Shown here one piece after another: positions 1-12,347 of a stretch of DNA of 64,000 nucleotides (positions are counted from its first letter, which is position 1; the number at the start of each line of letters is the position of its first letter). A model generated the notes under the pieces. It searched no databases and had not been told where the DNA came from. It worked only from the letters and a program-made list of their open reading frames with translations. The translations under genes and the position numbers were made by a program. The stretch comes from Octopus sinensis (lineage: Eukaryota), in the NCBI RefSeq assembly GCF_006345805.1, contig NC_043006.1, positions 42,346,001 to 42,410,000 of the forward strand, in the 5' to 3' direction.

Positions 1-428
1 TTTTTTTTAATTTATCTCCTTTTTTGCTGTTTTTTTCTTTCTGTTATATTGATTTGGAACTTTTTTTTTCTTTTTGTTTTCCTGTGTACATTTACACGTG
101 TATGTGTGTATGTGCGCATGAATGTGTTTGCGTGAATGTGTGCATGCAGTGTTTCCTTCTTTCTTTAATCAACATTTTTTTTTTGCTGTTTCTCACTTTT
201 GTTCTCAATGTTCAAAAAAAAACAAAAAAAAAAAACAAATGAAAAATCAGAGTTGGGAGACAAAGAGAGGATGATGCTACAGCTGCTGCAGCTGGCCTGT
301 AGCTGCTGCCATTGTGGCCTTATTTACAACATATCTTTGTGGATCCTAAGAGTCCCATCACAAAGACATTTTTTTTATTTACTATATTCTGATTTGTTTT
401 CTTTCTTTCTTACACTGCCCACATCACT
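1..428 (-). other. TM9SF3: Start of TM9SF3 3' UTR (end not determinable)
   Basis: Directly downstream of the stop codon; low-complexity A-rich and CA-rich sequence; poly(A) site not assignable. Confidence 0.6.
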
Positions 429-496
429 TTAGTCAATTTTTACAGTAGAATAGATCTTTCTCACAAAATAACTGGTGCCTATATACCCAAATGTAC
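429..496 (-). CDS. TM9SF3: TM9SF3 last coding exon 15 (68 nt incl. TAA)
   Basis: ttttcag|GT ACA; (G)TFGYIGTSYFVRKIYSTVKID*; the C-terminal KxD is the known COPI-binding Golgi-retention motif of TM9/EMP proteins. Confidence 0.96.
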
Positions 497-794
497 CTGA
501 AAAGAGAGAAGTGATGTTTTAGACAGACACAAACTACATTATCTTTCATAATACAAAAAGGCAGAATTCTGCTTAAAGTACCCCATATAACCCCTCGTAA
601 CTTTTTTTATTTTGCAAAATTTTCAAAAAGTCTTTGCAAATTTGTGTTCTACACATGATAATTCATATGACTATGAATGAAACAAAACAAAAGAAATTTT
701 TGTGTGATTGAAGGGATATTTGGCTGTTACTTTTATTGCCTCTTATGACTACCTCATAACATCCTTGTTTGTTTGTCAGTCTGATGTATTGATA

Positions 795-962
795 CGGTTC
801 TATATTTATGAGATGAGGAATTATGTATATTATTTACATTAGACGGATATTTGTCCTCATCTTTGTTAACACAAGGTTTCGGCTGATATACCCTCCAGCC
901 TTCATCAGGTGTCTTGGGGAAATTTCGAACCTGGGTTCTCATTCCTAAGGTATTTTTCAATA
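795..962 (-). mobile_element. Penelope-like pseudo-LTR fragment with minimal hammerhead-like core
   Basis: Minus strand gacac-CTGATGA-a-ggctg...cagcc-GAAA-cctt-gtgtt followed by an AT-rich tail; architecture typical of Penelope-like element repeats. Confidence 0.6.
868..913 (-). ncRNA. Type I minimal hammerhead ribozyme-like motif (probably degenerate)
   Basis: Stem I gacac/gtgtt, CUGAUGA core, 5-bp stem II ggctg/cagcc, GAAA, near-absent stem III. Confidence 0.55.
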
Positions 963-994
963 ATAATAACAACAACATCAAAAAAGGACAAAAC

Positions 995-1373
995 GAGTTC
1001 TTCCATCAGGATAATGCTCGGCCACAGACATTCCAAAGGTAGGAGCAGTTTGAATGGGAAACTATGCCCCGTCCACCATATTCACCAGACATTGCCACAT
1101 CTGATTATATCATTTATTCCACTGTCTTCAAAATCATTTGGATAGAAAAAATATGAATTCTGTAGACGAGGTCAGAACAGTACGGGAGGAATATTTTTCT
1201 TCACAGACCAGTGAATTTTGGAAGAGGGTCCTTGCAAGTCTACCAGACAGATGGAAGAGCATTGTAGAAAATGAAGGAGAGTGTATTTTAGATTAAAAAA
1301 AACTTTGCTTATCTTAATTTTGAAAAATAAAAGTTGTATAAAAAAGCCACATTATTTATGGAATGACCCAATA
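995..1373 (+). mobile_element. Mariner transposon 3' remnant (degenerate transposase C-terminus plus right end)
   Basis: With frameshifts translates FFHQDNARP...EWETMPRPPYSPDIATSDY...LPDRWKSIVENEGECILD*; ends ttatttatggaatgacccaaTA. Confidence 0.85.
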
Positions 1374-1441
1374 TATACACACAATACTCATCACACATTT
1401 CCCATACTGTAAAACACAGGAATAGAAAAAGCAGTACTTAC

Positions 1442-1518
1442 CACACATAATCCCTAGTGCTAAACTGAACAGTGCCATGTAGCCAAAGTAAAAAGTTGTC
1501 TGGAACAATCCATACATC
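1442..1518 (-). CDS. TM9SF3: TM9SF3 exon 14 (77 nt)
   Basis: ttcag|G ATG TAT; [25 protein letters not shown]; donor G|gtaagt. Confidence 0.96.
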
Positions 1519-1650
1519 CTGAAGAGATAAAATTCTATGGTAAAACAGCAGTAATTCCATTTATCAATATAAATTATCAACAAAAGGTGCAATCAGGAAT
1601 GCTATAGACTCACCCTGCAGGTTATATATGAACCAGACCCCTCTCTTTAA

Positions 1651-2296
1651 CCCTCTCATTACTATATTTCTAAGTAAAACACACCCCTTATGAGTTTCAA
1701 TTAAATTATAAAATAATCATAAATTTAGACTAGTTTCATTAAACTGTAACTTTTTTTATATATCAACATAAGATTTTTGGAACACAATTGAAGAAAAGGT
1801 TCTTAATTCCAGTGCATAACTTTTGTCTCAGAGTAACTCTAATTACAGGTGTAAATACAAGTAAACAAAATACTATCTGTTTTCTTGGTTTGTTTACTTT
1901 CTGCGTAATGGTTTGTTTCCATAGTGATCGCTTCAAACAAGCCTACAAGCTTACATTTGCTTGATTTCTCCATACCTTCCATCGAAAAGCCCCCAAATTC
2001 AGAATCACTGCTTGATAGCATGAAACTGTTGTCCATTTTAAAAGTTGAAAAAATAGTCACCGAAGAAAAATGTGGAAAAAAATTTCCCAAAATTCGCAGA
2101 GCTAAGATATTACATCAAACAACGTTAGATACTGTGACTTGATTATTTACAAAGTGAAATCAAAGGATTTCATGCATATATTAACGAGTTTTGTACTGAA
2201 ATTCACATTTAAATATCAATGGGTTTGCTCAGCTGGCTTCAGCTAAGTTGGTCGTTGGAGTCAAAAAATTTTTCAGCTGGGTTGGTAACAAAAGGG
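1651..2296. mobile_element. piggyBac-like non-autonomous element
   Basis: TTAA|CCCTCTCATTACT ... GGTAACAAAAGGG|TTAA termini. Confidence 0.6.
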
Positions 2297-3060
2297 TTAA
2301 GGGTTATTTAAATCTTAGGCAGGGTGACTGGTTCACATGACATCAAGGCATGTCCACATAAGAGTGGATCTATGTGACACATATCTAGAGGCCAGCCTTT
2401 CCATGAGTCTTGTATGTTTTAGCCAGAAAAACATCTGGTGTCTGACCCATATCTGCAACCCTTCACAGGTACTATCAACTCAAGCCAGAGTGGAATTGGG
2501 AGTAGTGGTAACTAAGGGGCAGCTCAGTGCTCCCTAAAACTCATTATCAGCCAAGATGGAGCTCCACTGGATACAGTTTAGTGTGTTACCCAAGACATTT
2601 GCATATACATACACACACATAAATACATGTACGTATGTATTCATACAAACACATATATACAATTATACATGCATACATACACATATATATATACACACAC
2701 ACATTCATACAAATAACCAAACACACACAGCCATACACACACATACACACGTTTCAATGGTGTCTGCATGCATGTAAGCACTGCATAGAAAGAGCATCAG
2801 AATTATGATAAACCTGCCCAAATGACTTCAAACTGTCGTTTTTCTCGTCCCCAAATCTAATCCTAATCCCCAAAAGTAAAGATTACTACCCAATAATAGA
2901 GCAGAATGTCCATGAGATAGAGGGATTATGATAAAAGTCACTGTTTGTTATTCCCAATCATTTTTAATTGACTGAATTAAACGATCAAAGGATTCGTTAT
3001 TCAGACAGCAAAGTCAGAACAACGATATGGAAAGAGAATGAGAGGAAACAGCATACTTAC

Positions 3061-3144
3061 TTTGTTTTGAAAAAGAAATAGTAAAAAGAGTAGAGATAAA
3101 CATAACTTGATGTAGAAGCCCCAGCCAGAAAACTGGTCCACTGC
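3061..3144 (-). CDS. TM9SF3: TM9SF3 exon 13 (84 nt)
   Basis: ttgcag|G CAG TGG; [27 protein letters not shown](K); donor AA|gtaagt. Confidence 0.96.
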
Positions 3145-3519
3145 CTGCAATACACAAACATTATTAGTATTATTAGCTGGCCCCGTGCTGTCAAAAATTA
3201 CAGTTAATTGTATTTTATATATAAATAAGGTATAAAATAAGGTATAAAATAAGGTACATAATAATCACAGATACAAACAATCACATACTTCCCTTGTACA
3301 CACACATACTCACAGAGCTGTTTGATTTTTCTTTCAGCATTGAATGTTCACCATCCCACCTTCAGTTTGATATCACCCCCTCCTTTCACAATCATATGTT
3401 GTGACGGAGAAAGACACAAGAGTATTATTATAGTGGATTGTTTCATTATGAATAAGCATAGTCTTACACAGTGCCATCACTTCTGGAATAAGATATACAG
3501 TACTTTGGAAGAATTTCCT

Positions 3520-3790
3520 TGGTGCCATGTAAAGGCATCTGTGCTGGCACTATGTAAAAAGCACCCATGCCGGCGTCCTTGTATAGCACCTGTACTGGTG
3601 CCATGTACAAAGGAGCCATGCTGGTGCCATATAAAAAGCACCCAGTGCACTGTGAGAAGTGGTTGGTGTTAGGAAAGGCATCCAGCTGTAGAAAGCAGAC
3701 AATTGAAGCCTGGTGCAGCTCTCTGGTTTGACAGCATCTGTCAAACCATCCAATCCATGCCAGAATAGACAACAGACAGATGATGATGTG
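3520..3790 (+). mobile_element. RTE-LINE 3' UTR copy (25-bp module array plus terminal region)
   Basis: About 5 tandem gtgctggtgccacgtaaaaagcacc-like modules, then ggttggtgttaggaaaggcatccagctgtagaaa...(GAT)n tail. Confidence 0.75.
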
Positions 3791-4297
3791 TATCCGTTTC
3801 TAGGTAACTGGATATATTCCCTCATTAATCAGACTATCTGTCATCAATAGATTTCATGATCAACATCAATCAATATATAATCATGCTGATTGCCAAGCAT
3901 TTGTAATATAAAATAAACTAGGTAAGTATCGCTGAGTTGTTAAAATGATTGCATAGCTATCATTTAGTTTATCCAACATTTCAAACACAGGGATTTGGGT
4001 TCGATCCCATGTGTAGTTTCTTGGACAAATGTAGTCTCCCATAATCTTGCATTAACCAATACACTGTGAGTGAAATATGTAAATGGAAACTGGGTGGAAG
4101 CATGTGTGTGTGTAGGTTACTGATTTTGTTTTTTGTCAATGTTTGGGGAAATGTCAACAAGAAACAAAAGTAAAAAAAAAAAAAAGAGCACAAATTGTCA
4201 AAAATAAACCAGTGGTTGATCCACTGGAAGCCTGACCAAAAATGTGATTAACTAACTGATATAACATTAGAAAAAAAATATGTAACAGTTTAAATAT

Positions 4298-4502
4298 AAA
4301 CAGTTGCAGTGTTGAAGGTGTTTATAAGCCATTTAAGAAACATATGGAAGAAATGTGCAGCATGGAATTTTGTCAATGAATATGTCACAGTCTCAAAGCG
4401 ACGAAAATATTTTGGCAAATTAAATTTAAATGTTGAAGTGAATCTATTGGTTTTTGTGTGTTTTTAAATGGCTTATAAACACCTTCTATGCTGCAACTGT
4501 TT
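4298..4502. repeat. ~45-bp imperfect inverted repeat (MITE-like foldback)
   Basis: aaacagttgcagtgttgaaggtgtttataagccatttaa (4298-) vs ttaaatggcttataaacaccttctatgctgcaactgttt (-4502). Confidence 0.8.
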
Positions 4503-4725
4503 TTGTTTCAGCACACGATCTCAGCTCAGGTCACTTGCTATGGAAGTACATTTCCATAAAATTTAAATATAACTATATTTAAAAACGTTTTGCACAAAAC
4601 TTTTTAGACACACTAACACACAATCTCTTTAAACACACACACACACACACACACAGAGGCACTGAAAATAAAATCCACTAATCTTTGAGAGTATCAAAAT
4701 AAAAAAATAATAAAACTATACATTA

Positions 4726-4941
4726 AGGGGCAACACACAGAGGAGACAAACAAGGACAGACAAACAGATTAAGCCGATTATATCGACCCCAGTGTGTAAC
4801 TGGTACTTGTTTAATCAACCAACCCCCCGAAACGATGAAAGCCAAAGTCGACCTTGACGGAATTTGAACTCAGAACGTAGTGGCAGACAAAATACTGCTA
4901 AGCATTTCGCCCGGCATGCTAACGTTTCTGCCAGTTCGCCA
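4726..4941 (-). mobile_element. tRNA-derived SINE family B (Meta-domain-like body), tail type a
   Basis: Reverse complement of ggcgaactggcagaaacgttagca...gagttcaaattcc...gactttg.ctttcatc...; same family as 19294, 34442, 63601. Confidence 0.85.
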
Positions 4942-5879
4942 TCTCTGGTTCTGCTACACAAGTTTCCTATTTTAAAGTGACCTAATTTAGAACTTCCCAT
5001 CAAAATTTCATGCAAATTTATCTTCCAATCACTTGCTTAATAATGACATTTTAATAAATTCTTCGATATTATCTAAATAAATTTAAACAAAGATAATGTA
5101 TTTAAACACAAATATGCTAACAAAAAGGCTAAGCAAATATAGAAAAATTGACGTATACACCAACTCCACAAATCAATATGGCTCATATTTTAATTACAAT
5201 CTTGATAGCTTTAATTGAATAGTTCTGTAAATTTTCAATATTTCAATATTTGTAGGAGGGAAAGGGGGTTGTAACTTGTTTTTCACCTCAGTTATTTTTT
5301 ATAACTTTCAGTGATTCGTTCTGTGGGCCAGTAACCATGCTAGGAGCAAACATGCTAGGAGCAAACAGTCACGTGTCTAGAAGAAAAGAGCCCCCAACAA
5401 TAGATGTGACAATACATCAATCCGAAGGGTTGTGTCTAACCCACAGAGCTAGACTTTTGTACACCTGAACAATAATCACATCAATACATAATCTGGTTCA
5501 GCTTAACAATCTATACTAAGTATCAAATTTATTTTAAGCAATCAATCAAACAACAACAGCTGAATGTGTAAAGGATTACAATTTTTTGAAATAAAAAAAA
5601 GCAGCTTTAAAGTGGACCACTGAAGACTTACTTTAATCAATATATTGAGCACACATGGTAATTTTGGAATCCTTGATTGTCAACTTTTACTGCAAGTTAG
5701 CACAAGTACCCCACCATTGCCTGTGGTTATTAATTCTTCAAATAAATACCATCATGAATTCACTATATTTTTTATTTGAATTTTTTTTTTAAATGCTGAT
5801 AATTTTTTATTGGTCCAAAAATGCAGAATTGCTACATCCAAGCCAAGCAGAAGACAGTTCAAGTTCTAGCTTCACAAAA

Positions 5880-6150
5880 ATGACTGGGGACTGGCAAGCC
5901 AGGAGGCCGCACCAGGCTCCAATCTAATCTGGCAATGTTTCTACAGCTGGATGCCCTTCCTAATGCCAACCACTCCAAGAGTGTAGTGGACGCTTTTTAC
6001 GTGCCACCGACATGGGAGACAGTCAGGCAGCACTGGCATCAGCCAAGTTCGGATGGTGCTTTTTACATACCACTGGCACAGGAGCCAGTCAGGGTGGGGG
6101 GCTGGCATCAACCACGGTCAGGTGGTGCATTTTACATGCCACTGGCACAG
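5880..6150 (-). mobile_element. RTE-LINE 3' UTR copy (~60-bp module spacing)
   Basis: ctacagctggatgcccttcctaatgccaacc plus three gtgcttttacgtgccaccggcac-like modules. Confidence 0.75.
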
Positions 6151-6445
6151 GGTTATGTACGAGCATATTTCTCTTAATATGTACAAGGAGAGGGAATGTG
6201 TTTAAATCAATCGTGTTCAATTAATAAATTGTAATGTTCCTCTCCTAATCTGTATGTATATCCTTCTGCACATGCCTATGTTTGCATCCAGTGCCAAAAC
6301 ATACAGGTCAGCATCCAAACAGCTAAGCTCAATAGCATCATTCCATTTTTTGTAATGGGAAGACTTCTTTGACATTTACCTTCTTTTTTTTTTATTGCTG
6401 TTCCTCTCTCTCTTTCGGAGAGGCACAAGCACCTACATGCACATA

Positions 6446-6603
6446 TACACACACGGCAGTAACCTCCGCCTGCCGAATTCAATCACAAAGCTTCGGTCAG
6501 CTCGGGGCTATAGCAGAAGACACCTACCCAAAGTGCCACGCAGTGGACTGAACCCGAAGCCATATAGCTAGGAAGCAAGCTCCCTAACCACACAGCCATG
6601 CCC
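6446..6603 (-). mobile_element. SINE family A partial copy
   Basis: Reverse complement of head ggcatggctgtgtgg...gggttcagtccactgcgtggcac. Confidence 0.7.
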
Positions 6604-7121
6604 GTTACAATTAGAATTAGTCGGAAAGATTTGTTGTTAATCTAAACAGCTATCTAAATTATTAGAAGAGGTATGTTTATTGTTACCAGGAAACGTTACA
6701 TAGAAGCAGTGTTTCTCATTCATAGGAGAGGCAGTTCAAGCTCTGGCAGAATTGTGAAAGGATTTAAAAGAAGGGAACGCAAATTGCCAATTGTAACAAA
6801 ATTAAACCAGTTGACATCAATAAAGTTCAGAACTCTTTATAACAAACTTAAAACTCGACAGCAGGTCTCTCTACTTTTAACAGCAACAAAATATACACAA
6901 AACAAAAGTGGGAGATCTTTGTGAGGTGAGGTAAATTATCAAACTCATCATCATCACTATTGTTAACTGACCCCTACTAATATTTCTAGTTTCTCGTCAT
7001 TTCTCTTCTACCATTATCATTTTGGCATCACTGCTCTATCACCATTATCATTGTAATGAGAAGATGAACCATAGGAGAGACATGCAGGGAAATAGAGAAT
7101 TGATACTGGTGTGGCACTTAC

Positions 7122-7268
7122 CATCGATAATCTTCAGCATTGAGCAGGAAATATGTACAGACAATGGTCACACAAATGGTAACAATGGCAAGGATCAGAA
7201 ATACCAGTAACATAAAGCCATAGACATAATAGATCTTATAGGCCCAGAATGATGTGAAGATAAAGTAC
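7122..7268 (-). CDS. TM9SF3: TM9SF3 exon 12 (147 nt)
   Basis: ttcag|G TAC; [48 protein letters not shown](W); donor TG|gtaagt. Confidence 0.97.
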
Positions 7269-7728
7269 CTGAAATAGAAATAGAACTGAGATGCAGTTAA
7301 TGTTGGAATGTAATGTAAGGTTGAACAACAAAGAGATTCTATGCTGTCTCCTGAGATGGGGGAGGGACACAATATTAAAGGCGAGTGGAATGGAGACGTT
7401 AACAGAGGAAATACAGGCATTGAAAAGAGACTGGGGAAGGGAGACACAAATAGAGAAGAATAGAGAGGGAAAAAAAGACAAGAGATAAAGAAAGAGAATG
7501 AGAGAGGAAAGACAAAATGGTGAGACAGAAAGTCAGAGAGAAGTCAGACAGTAAGAAAGAAAACTGTCAGGAGAAGAGAGAAGACCAGAGAAAACGAGAA
7601 AGAATTGTAAGGTACTATCAATAAAGACATAAAGAGAATGCTAATTTTAAGAGAGAAGCAGACAGGAAGGAACAAACATATAAAAGGAAACATCTAAAAT
7701 CATAGTTAAAGATCAAAGAAAAACTTAC

Positions 7729-7797
7729 ATTTCAATGAAGATGGAACCAAACGGAAGAACTCCACCCAGTATAATGATCACAGCTGGTTCCATAAAC
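7729..7797 (-). CDS. TM9SF3: TM9SF3 exon 11 (69 nt)
   Basis: ccag|G TTT ATG; FMEPAVIIILGGVLPFGSIFIE(M); donor AT|gtaagt. Confidence 0.96.
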
Positions 7798-8174
7798 CTG
7801 GATAGAAACAATAGCAGAATTGTTATTACAAGTGCAAATAAATTACTACTACTACTATTATTATCATTATTATTATGCAAGGTGATGAGCTGGCAGAATC
7901 ATTAGCATGCTGGACGAAATGCTAAGTGGTACTTCACCAATGGCTATGTTCTGAGTTCAGTGACTCCCCACATTCTTAACATGGCCCAAAATAGGCTTGG
8001 TAAACCAGGTGTTAGAGGTATGATGCAGTTATGGTAATAAGATTTGAAAAGACGTCCATTTTTTTCCACTAACCCAGCACCTGAATCACTGAGTTTGCAA
8101 GTACCTACATTGAAAAAAATATTTTTTAAGTAAATAAGAAATTAAGTTTTTAATTTGGAGCATGGTTTACTTAC

Positions 8175-8314
8175 CATTTCTTCTCTGGAATTGGTCTCGG
8201 CACAGCATTGATACGGCAAGGATAGTTGGGCTGTCCAGCTAAGTTCCTTCCAAGAACAGTCCCAACCAAAGTCAATGGTAAAATGACAAACAAGCAAATG
8301 CATGTTATAGCAAC
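8175..8314 (-). CDS. TM9SF3: TM9SF3 exon 10 (140 nt)
   Basis: gacag|GTT GCT; [46 protein letters not shown](W); donor TG|gtaagt. Confidence 0.97.
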
Positions 8315-8609
8315 CTGTCAATACAAAATAAAGTAATACATGTAATGTATGTAGAGGGATAGAAGCAGAAAGAAATATCTATAAAGAGAGGGAGGGAGAA
8401 ACAGAGAGAGAGATTCATACATGTGGTGGTGGAATCCAAACACCCCCGTGAATGGATGGTTCTAAATTGCGTAAGTACGCATGCATGCTGGAGATACAAA
8501 AAACAGAGTGGTACGAACAGACGCTTGTAAGACAGTCATAGAAGTTGTTTGAGAAGAGATATCGGAATTACACGTTGGTGAATTGATAATTGTTAAGTGA
8601 TTATACCAG

Positions 8610-8830
8610 AAGCAGTTGCTAGTACCGCCTGATTGGCCCTTGTGCCGGTGGTACGTAAAAGTACCCACTACACTCTCAGAGTAGTTGGCATCAGGAAGGG
8701 CATCCAGCTGTAGAAACTCTGCCAGATCAGATTGGAGCCTGCTGCAGCCATCTGGTTCGCCAGTCCTCAGTCAAATTGTCCAACCCATGCTAGCATGGAA
8801 AGCGGACATTAAATGATAATAATGATGATT
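8610..8830 (+). mobile_element. RTE-LINE 3' end copy
   Basis: gtgccggtggtacgtaaaagtacccactacactc...ccaacccatgctagcatggaaagcggacattaaatgat. Confidence 0.8.
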
Positions 8831-8852
8831 TCATAAGACCTTATTAAATCAG

Positions 8853-9180
8853 CGAGGACACATGGCTTAGTCGTCAGCATATTCAGATAATGATGGTAAG
8901 GACATGAGTTCAATTCCTTGTGACTCGTTGTGTCCTTAAACAAGGCACTTTATTTCACGTTGCTCCAGTTCACTCAGCTGGGAAAAAAATTAGTTATACC
9001 TGTATTTCAATAGTCTAGCTTTGTCACAATTTGTATCATGCTAAACCTCCATGAGAACAATGCTAAGCATATGTATGTCTGTGGAGTGCTCAACCATTTG
9101 CACATTTATTGTACAAGAAGGCTGTTCTGTTGATTGCATCAAATGGAACGCTCGACATTATAACTGATGGACTGCCAGTA
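8853..9180 (+). mobile_element. tRNA-derived SINE family C (CORE-like body), diverged
   Basis: tggcttagtcgt...gagttcaattcc A/B boxes; ttgtgtccttaaacaaggcactttatttcacgttgctccagttcactcagctgg body shared with the 32068 copy. Confidence 0.7.
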
Positions 9181-10344
9181 ATTAAATCAAATTATCATAC
9201 ATCACATATAACATATGTTGTTGTTTACTATGAGTGGGGAATGAATTTGCTAGCAATGGCATCAATATGTATGCAAATAGCTTAGCAGTTTGGTTAAGCT
9301 TCTCTGATCTGAGCAAACAGAACTGGTTTCACCTTTCTTTGTGAAACTTTTAAACAAACTAGTACGTAAGCTAACAGCTGATGGAACATTTGTCTATTAT
9401 AGTGAAGCAGGGAACAATTGAATGATGATGTGTGGTTGATCATCAAAGTTTATCCATGAATGCCCATTTTTCATGCTAGAATGGGTTACAGAAATACATA
9501 TTAATAAAGCACTGTTTAAAAGTTGGATGCCCTTCTTGTCACCAACCTTACCTATTTTTCAAATAAGGGGTTTTTCACAGCCATGCCTGCACCTGTATGT
9601 GCATATTGCCGTACAAGCATGTGTACATGACTTTGGTGTTTTCTTCCAGTGCCCAAGAGAGCTATCACCAAAACAGTCAGTTGTACCAAGTTGCCTGCAT
9701 CCAAACTGTTGCTCCTAATCATCTTAGTCTACCTTCAGAATCTTATTCAACTTGTTTGTCATCGTTGCATCATTGCAGCTTTGTATGCAATGAGGCTATA
9801 TGCAGATGTTCATTTATCATTGATCCAGGATAACAGGGTACACTTAATCATAAACCTATGTTACACTTATCACTGACTGATCTATAATATCACGGATTGT
9901 CAATCACTCGAAGATTCTGTTAGTAAAGCAAAAATGCACCCCACGACCACCAACAATCCTCTACAACAGAGAATGCATCAACTGTAGCTTGTGTTTATAT
10001 GACCATGCAAATTTTACACATGGTTTTACTTGTGCCCATCAACATGGAAGCCATGAATAGGAAAAGTAAAAAGGGGCCGGATTCTAACATGCAATGCAGA
10101 CAAGTGCATTCTCAACAAAGAAAGACTGCTGTGTTCCATGACTTTGGTATCAACAAATCCACTTTTCTTTACATTTTCAAAATGCATGGAGATGACTCAT
10201 TCATCACTGATTCGTTTATCAATGTGTATTTCGGAGGCTATCCTCCATGGTAAATGAGGATAGATATACAGTGTTATTAAAGCAATCAGTAAGTGGACAG
10301 AAAGGAAAAGGAAAGACCAAAAACAGAGAAATGATATGACTTAC

Positions 10345-10475
10345 CATAGTGCCAAATGGAATTGCTCTGGATGCATGGTAATAAATGGCTATGAAGTTGA
10401 TGAAAAAGGCTGTACCACACACCAAAATAGGGAGGAGGAAGGCACTAAGCATCATTTGCTTGATCCATACTTTAC
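10345..10475 (-). CDS. TM9SF3: TM9SF3 exon 9 (131 nt)
   Basis: ttttag|GT AAA; (G)[43 protein letters not shown]; donor |gtaagt. Confidence 0.97.
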
Positions 10476-10719
10476 CTAAAAGAAAATAGTTAACGATATA
10501 GTAATTTTATTATCAGTCCGAATAAGCTCCCTCTCTGTAAGTTAATGATATATCTTAATTTCACAACAAATCACAGAAATTTAGTTTAATTTATTACAAA
10601 TGCTAGTCAAAAGGATGATTAAAACAAAAAAAAAACAAGAATATAAATCAGTGAGGGATACCAGTTATCCTAGTATAAGGCTTTATTTAGTTGTTTTATG
10701 TAATTGCAACATCCAAACG

Positions 10720-11010
10720 TGGCCAATGTCAGTACTCCCTGATTGGCTCTCGTGCTGGTGGCACGTAAAAAACACTATCCAAACGTAATCAATGCCAGGC
10801 TCACCTGACTGGCTCCTGTGCCGGTGGAACGTAAAAAGCACACACTACACTCTCAGAGTGGTTGGCTTTAGGAAGGGCATCCAGCTGTAGTAACATTACC
10901 AGATCGGATTGGAGCCTGGTGCAGCTATTGGCTCTCCAGACCTCAATCAAACCGTCTAACCCATGCCAGCATGGAAAACGGACATTAAACGATGATGATG
11001 AAGATGACTG
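10720..11010 (+). mobile_element. RTE-LINE 3' end copy
   Basis: Two modules plus conserved terminal region and (GAT)n tail. Confidence 0.8.
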
Positions 11011-11456
11011 AGTTGTTAGAATAGAATTGTTTGAATAGAGTAGATAATAAGAAATAAGGCAGTTAGAAGGTGTGCCAATACTTTCTAACAGATGTTTCAA
11101 AAACAGACACACAAATGGTGCATTTCCCAGCAGACAAAGACAAGGTGTTCATATAGTACTGAATTTAAATATATCCAGAAACATGACCATATGACAAGTC
11201 ATAGCCATTGAGTAATTCATCAAGGATCCTCTCCAAAATAGAAAAATTAATCAAGAATGTAATTGTTGTAGAACTATCAAGATCAAAACAAACCAACCAG
11301 ATATCATAATCAAAGACTGACAGAATAGCATGCACTCTGGCAAACATTTGATCTCTCTTTCACTATAACATCACATGGAAAGATCTTGAAAAACTATTGA
11401 AGTGCAAAGGCCTTGAAATTGAAATATGCCATCAATGGAGCATACAAATACAAATA

Positions 11457-11699
11457 GTACCAAATGGTGTCTACAACATAACACCATCACTAGAGCTTTT
11501 ACATGGCACTATCACCAGTGCTTTTTACACAGCATCATCACTAGTGCATTTAATGTGATGCCAGCATCAGAGCATTTTACGTAGCACCATCACCAATGCG
11601 TCTAACATGGCATCATCACCAGTGCTTTTTACATAGAACCATCACTAGTGCATTTAATGTGATGCCAGCACCAGAGCTTTTTATGTGGCACCAGCACCG
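11457..11699 (-). repeat. ~26-bp minisatellite derived from the RTE 3' UTR module
   Basis: About 9 tandem units like cacca(t/g)cac(c/t)agtgcttttacatgg; ~104-bp higher-order duplication (actagtgcatttaatgtgatgccagca occurs twice). Confidence 0.7.
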
Positions 11700-11939
11700 A
11701 CAAGGTGATTAAGTAACTTACAAAAGATAAAAAACCCTCAACTGGAGGGTTTTGTCTTGCAAATAATTCTAAGTCTTTTCGCATTCAATTTTACACAACC
11801 ATAAATACATTACTTAGAAGATCCCTCACTGATGCATAAACTGGAAGTAGTTTTGAAGAGGAAATAAATAAATAAAAGTAATGAGTAAAGGATGAATGAA
11901 GAAAATAAGAAATCATAGCGCAGGGAATCTATATATTAC

Positions 11940-12034
11940 CTCCCATACGAGCATAAAGACTGCCACCAAAATAGCCATTTACAGGAGCTGTGGCAGCATA
12001 TACAAATATAGCAGTACTCAGCAAAGATCCTCGC
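11940..12034 (-). CDS. TM9SF3: TM9SF3 exon 8 (95 nt)
   Basis: ctgcag|G CGA GGA; [31 protein letters not shown]; donor G|gtaata. Confidence 0.96.
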
Positions 12035-12347
12035 CTGCAGAGAGAAGAAGAGAAGTAAAGATAAGACAATTCGGAGAACAATTTATTTTATAAAAACAAA
12101 TAAAGTTGAATAGTCTGGCAACAAAATAGTGTCAAAAATGGATTTTGTTTTACAGTCTAACAATATGAGAAATGTGACATGTGTTGGTAAGAACTGGCTA
12201 ACAATGTGTTTCATCTCTATATTCTAGTAATCGGCCTATTACTTTGACATTGGTACACATTTACCCATATGTTACAATGTACAATAAATCAATTCAAAAA
12301 AAAAACAATGATAATGTACAACAGAAGAGAAATGACATACTACTTAC

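Noticed and set aside
10210-10253. Plus-strand [12 protein letters not shown] resembling exon 8 VNGYFGG, with a gtaa after it
   Set aside because: Wrong strand and only a few residues match; consistent with chance.
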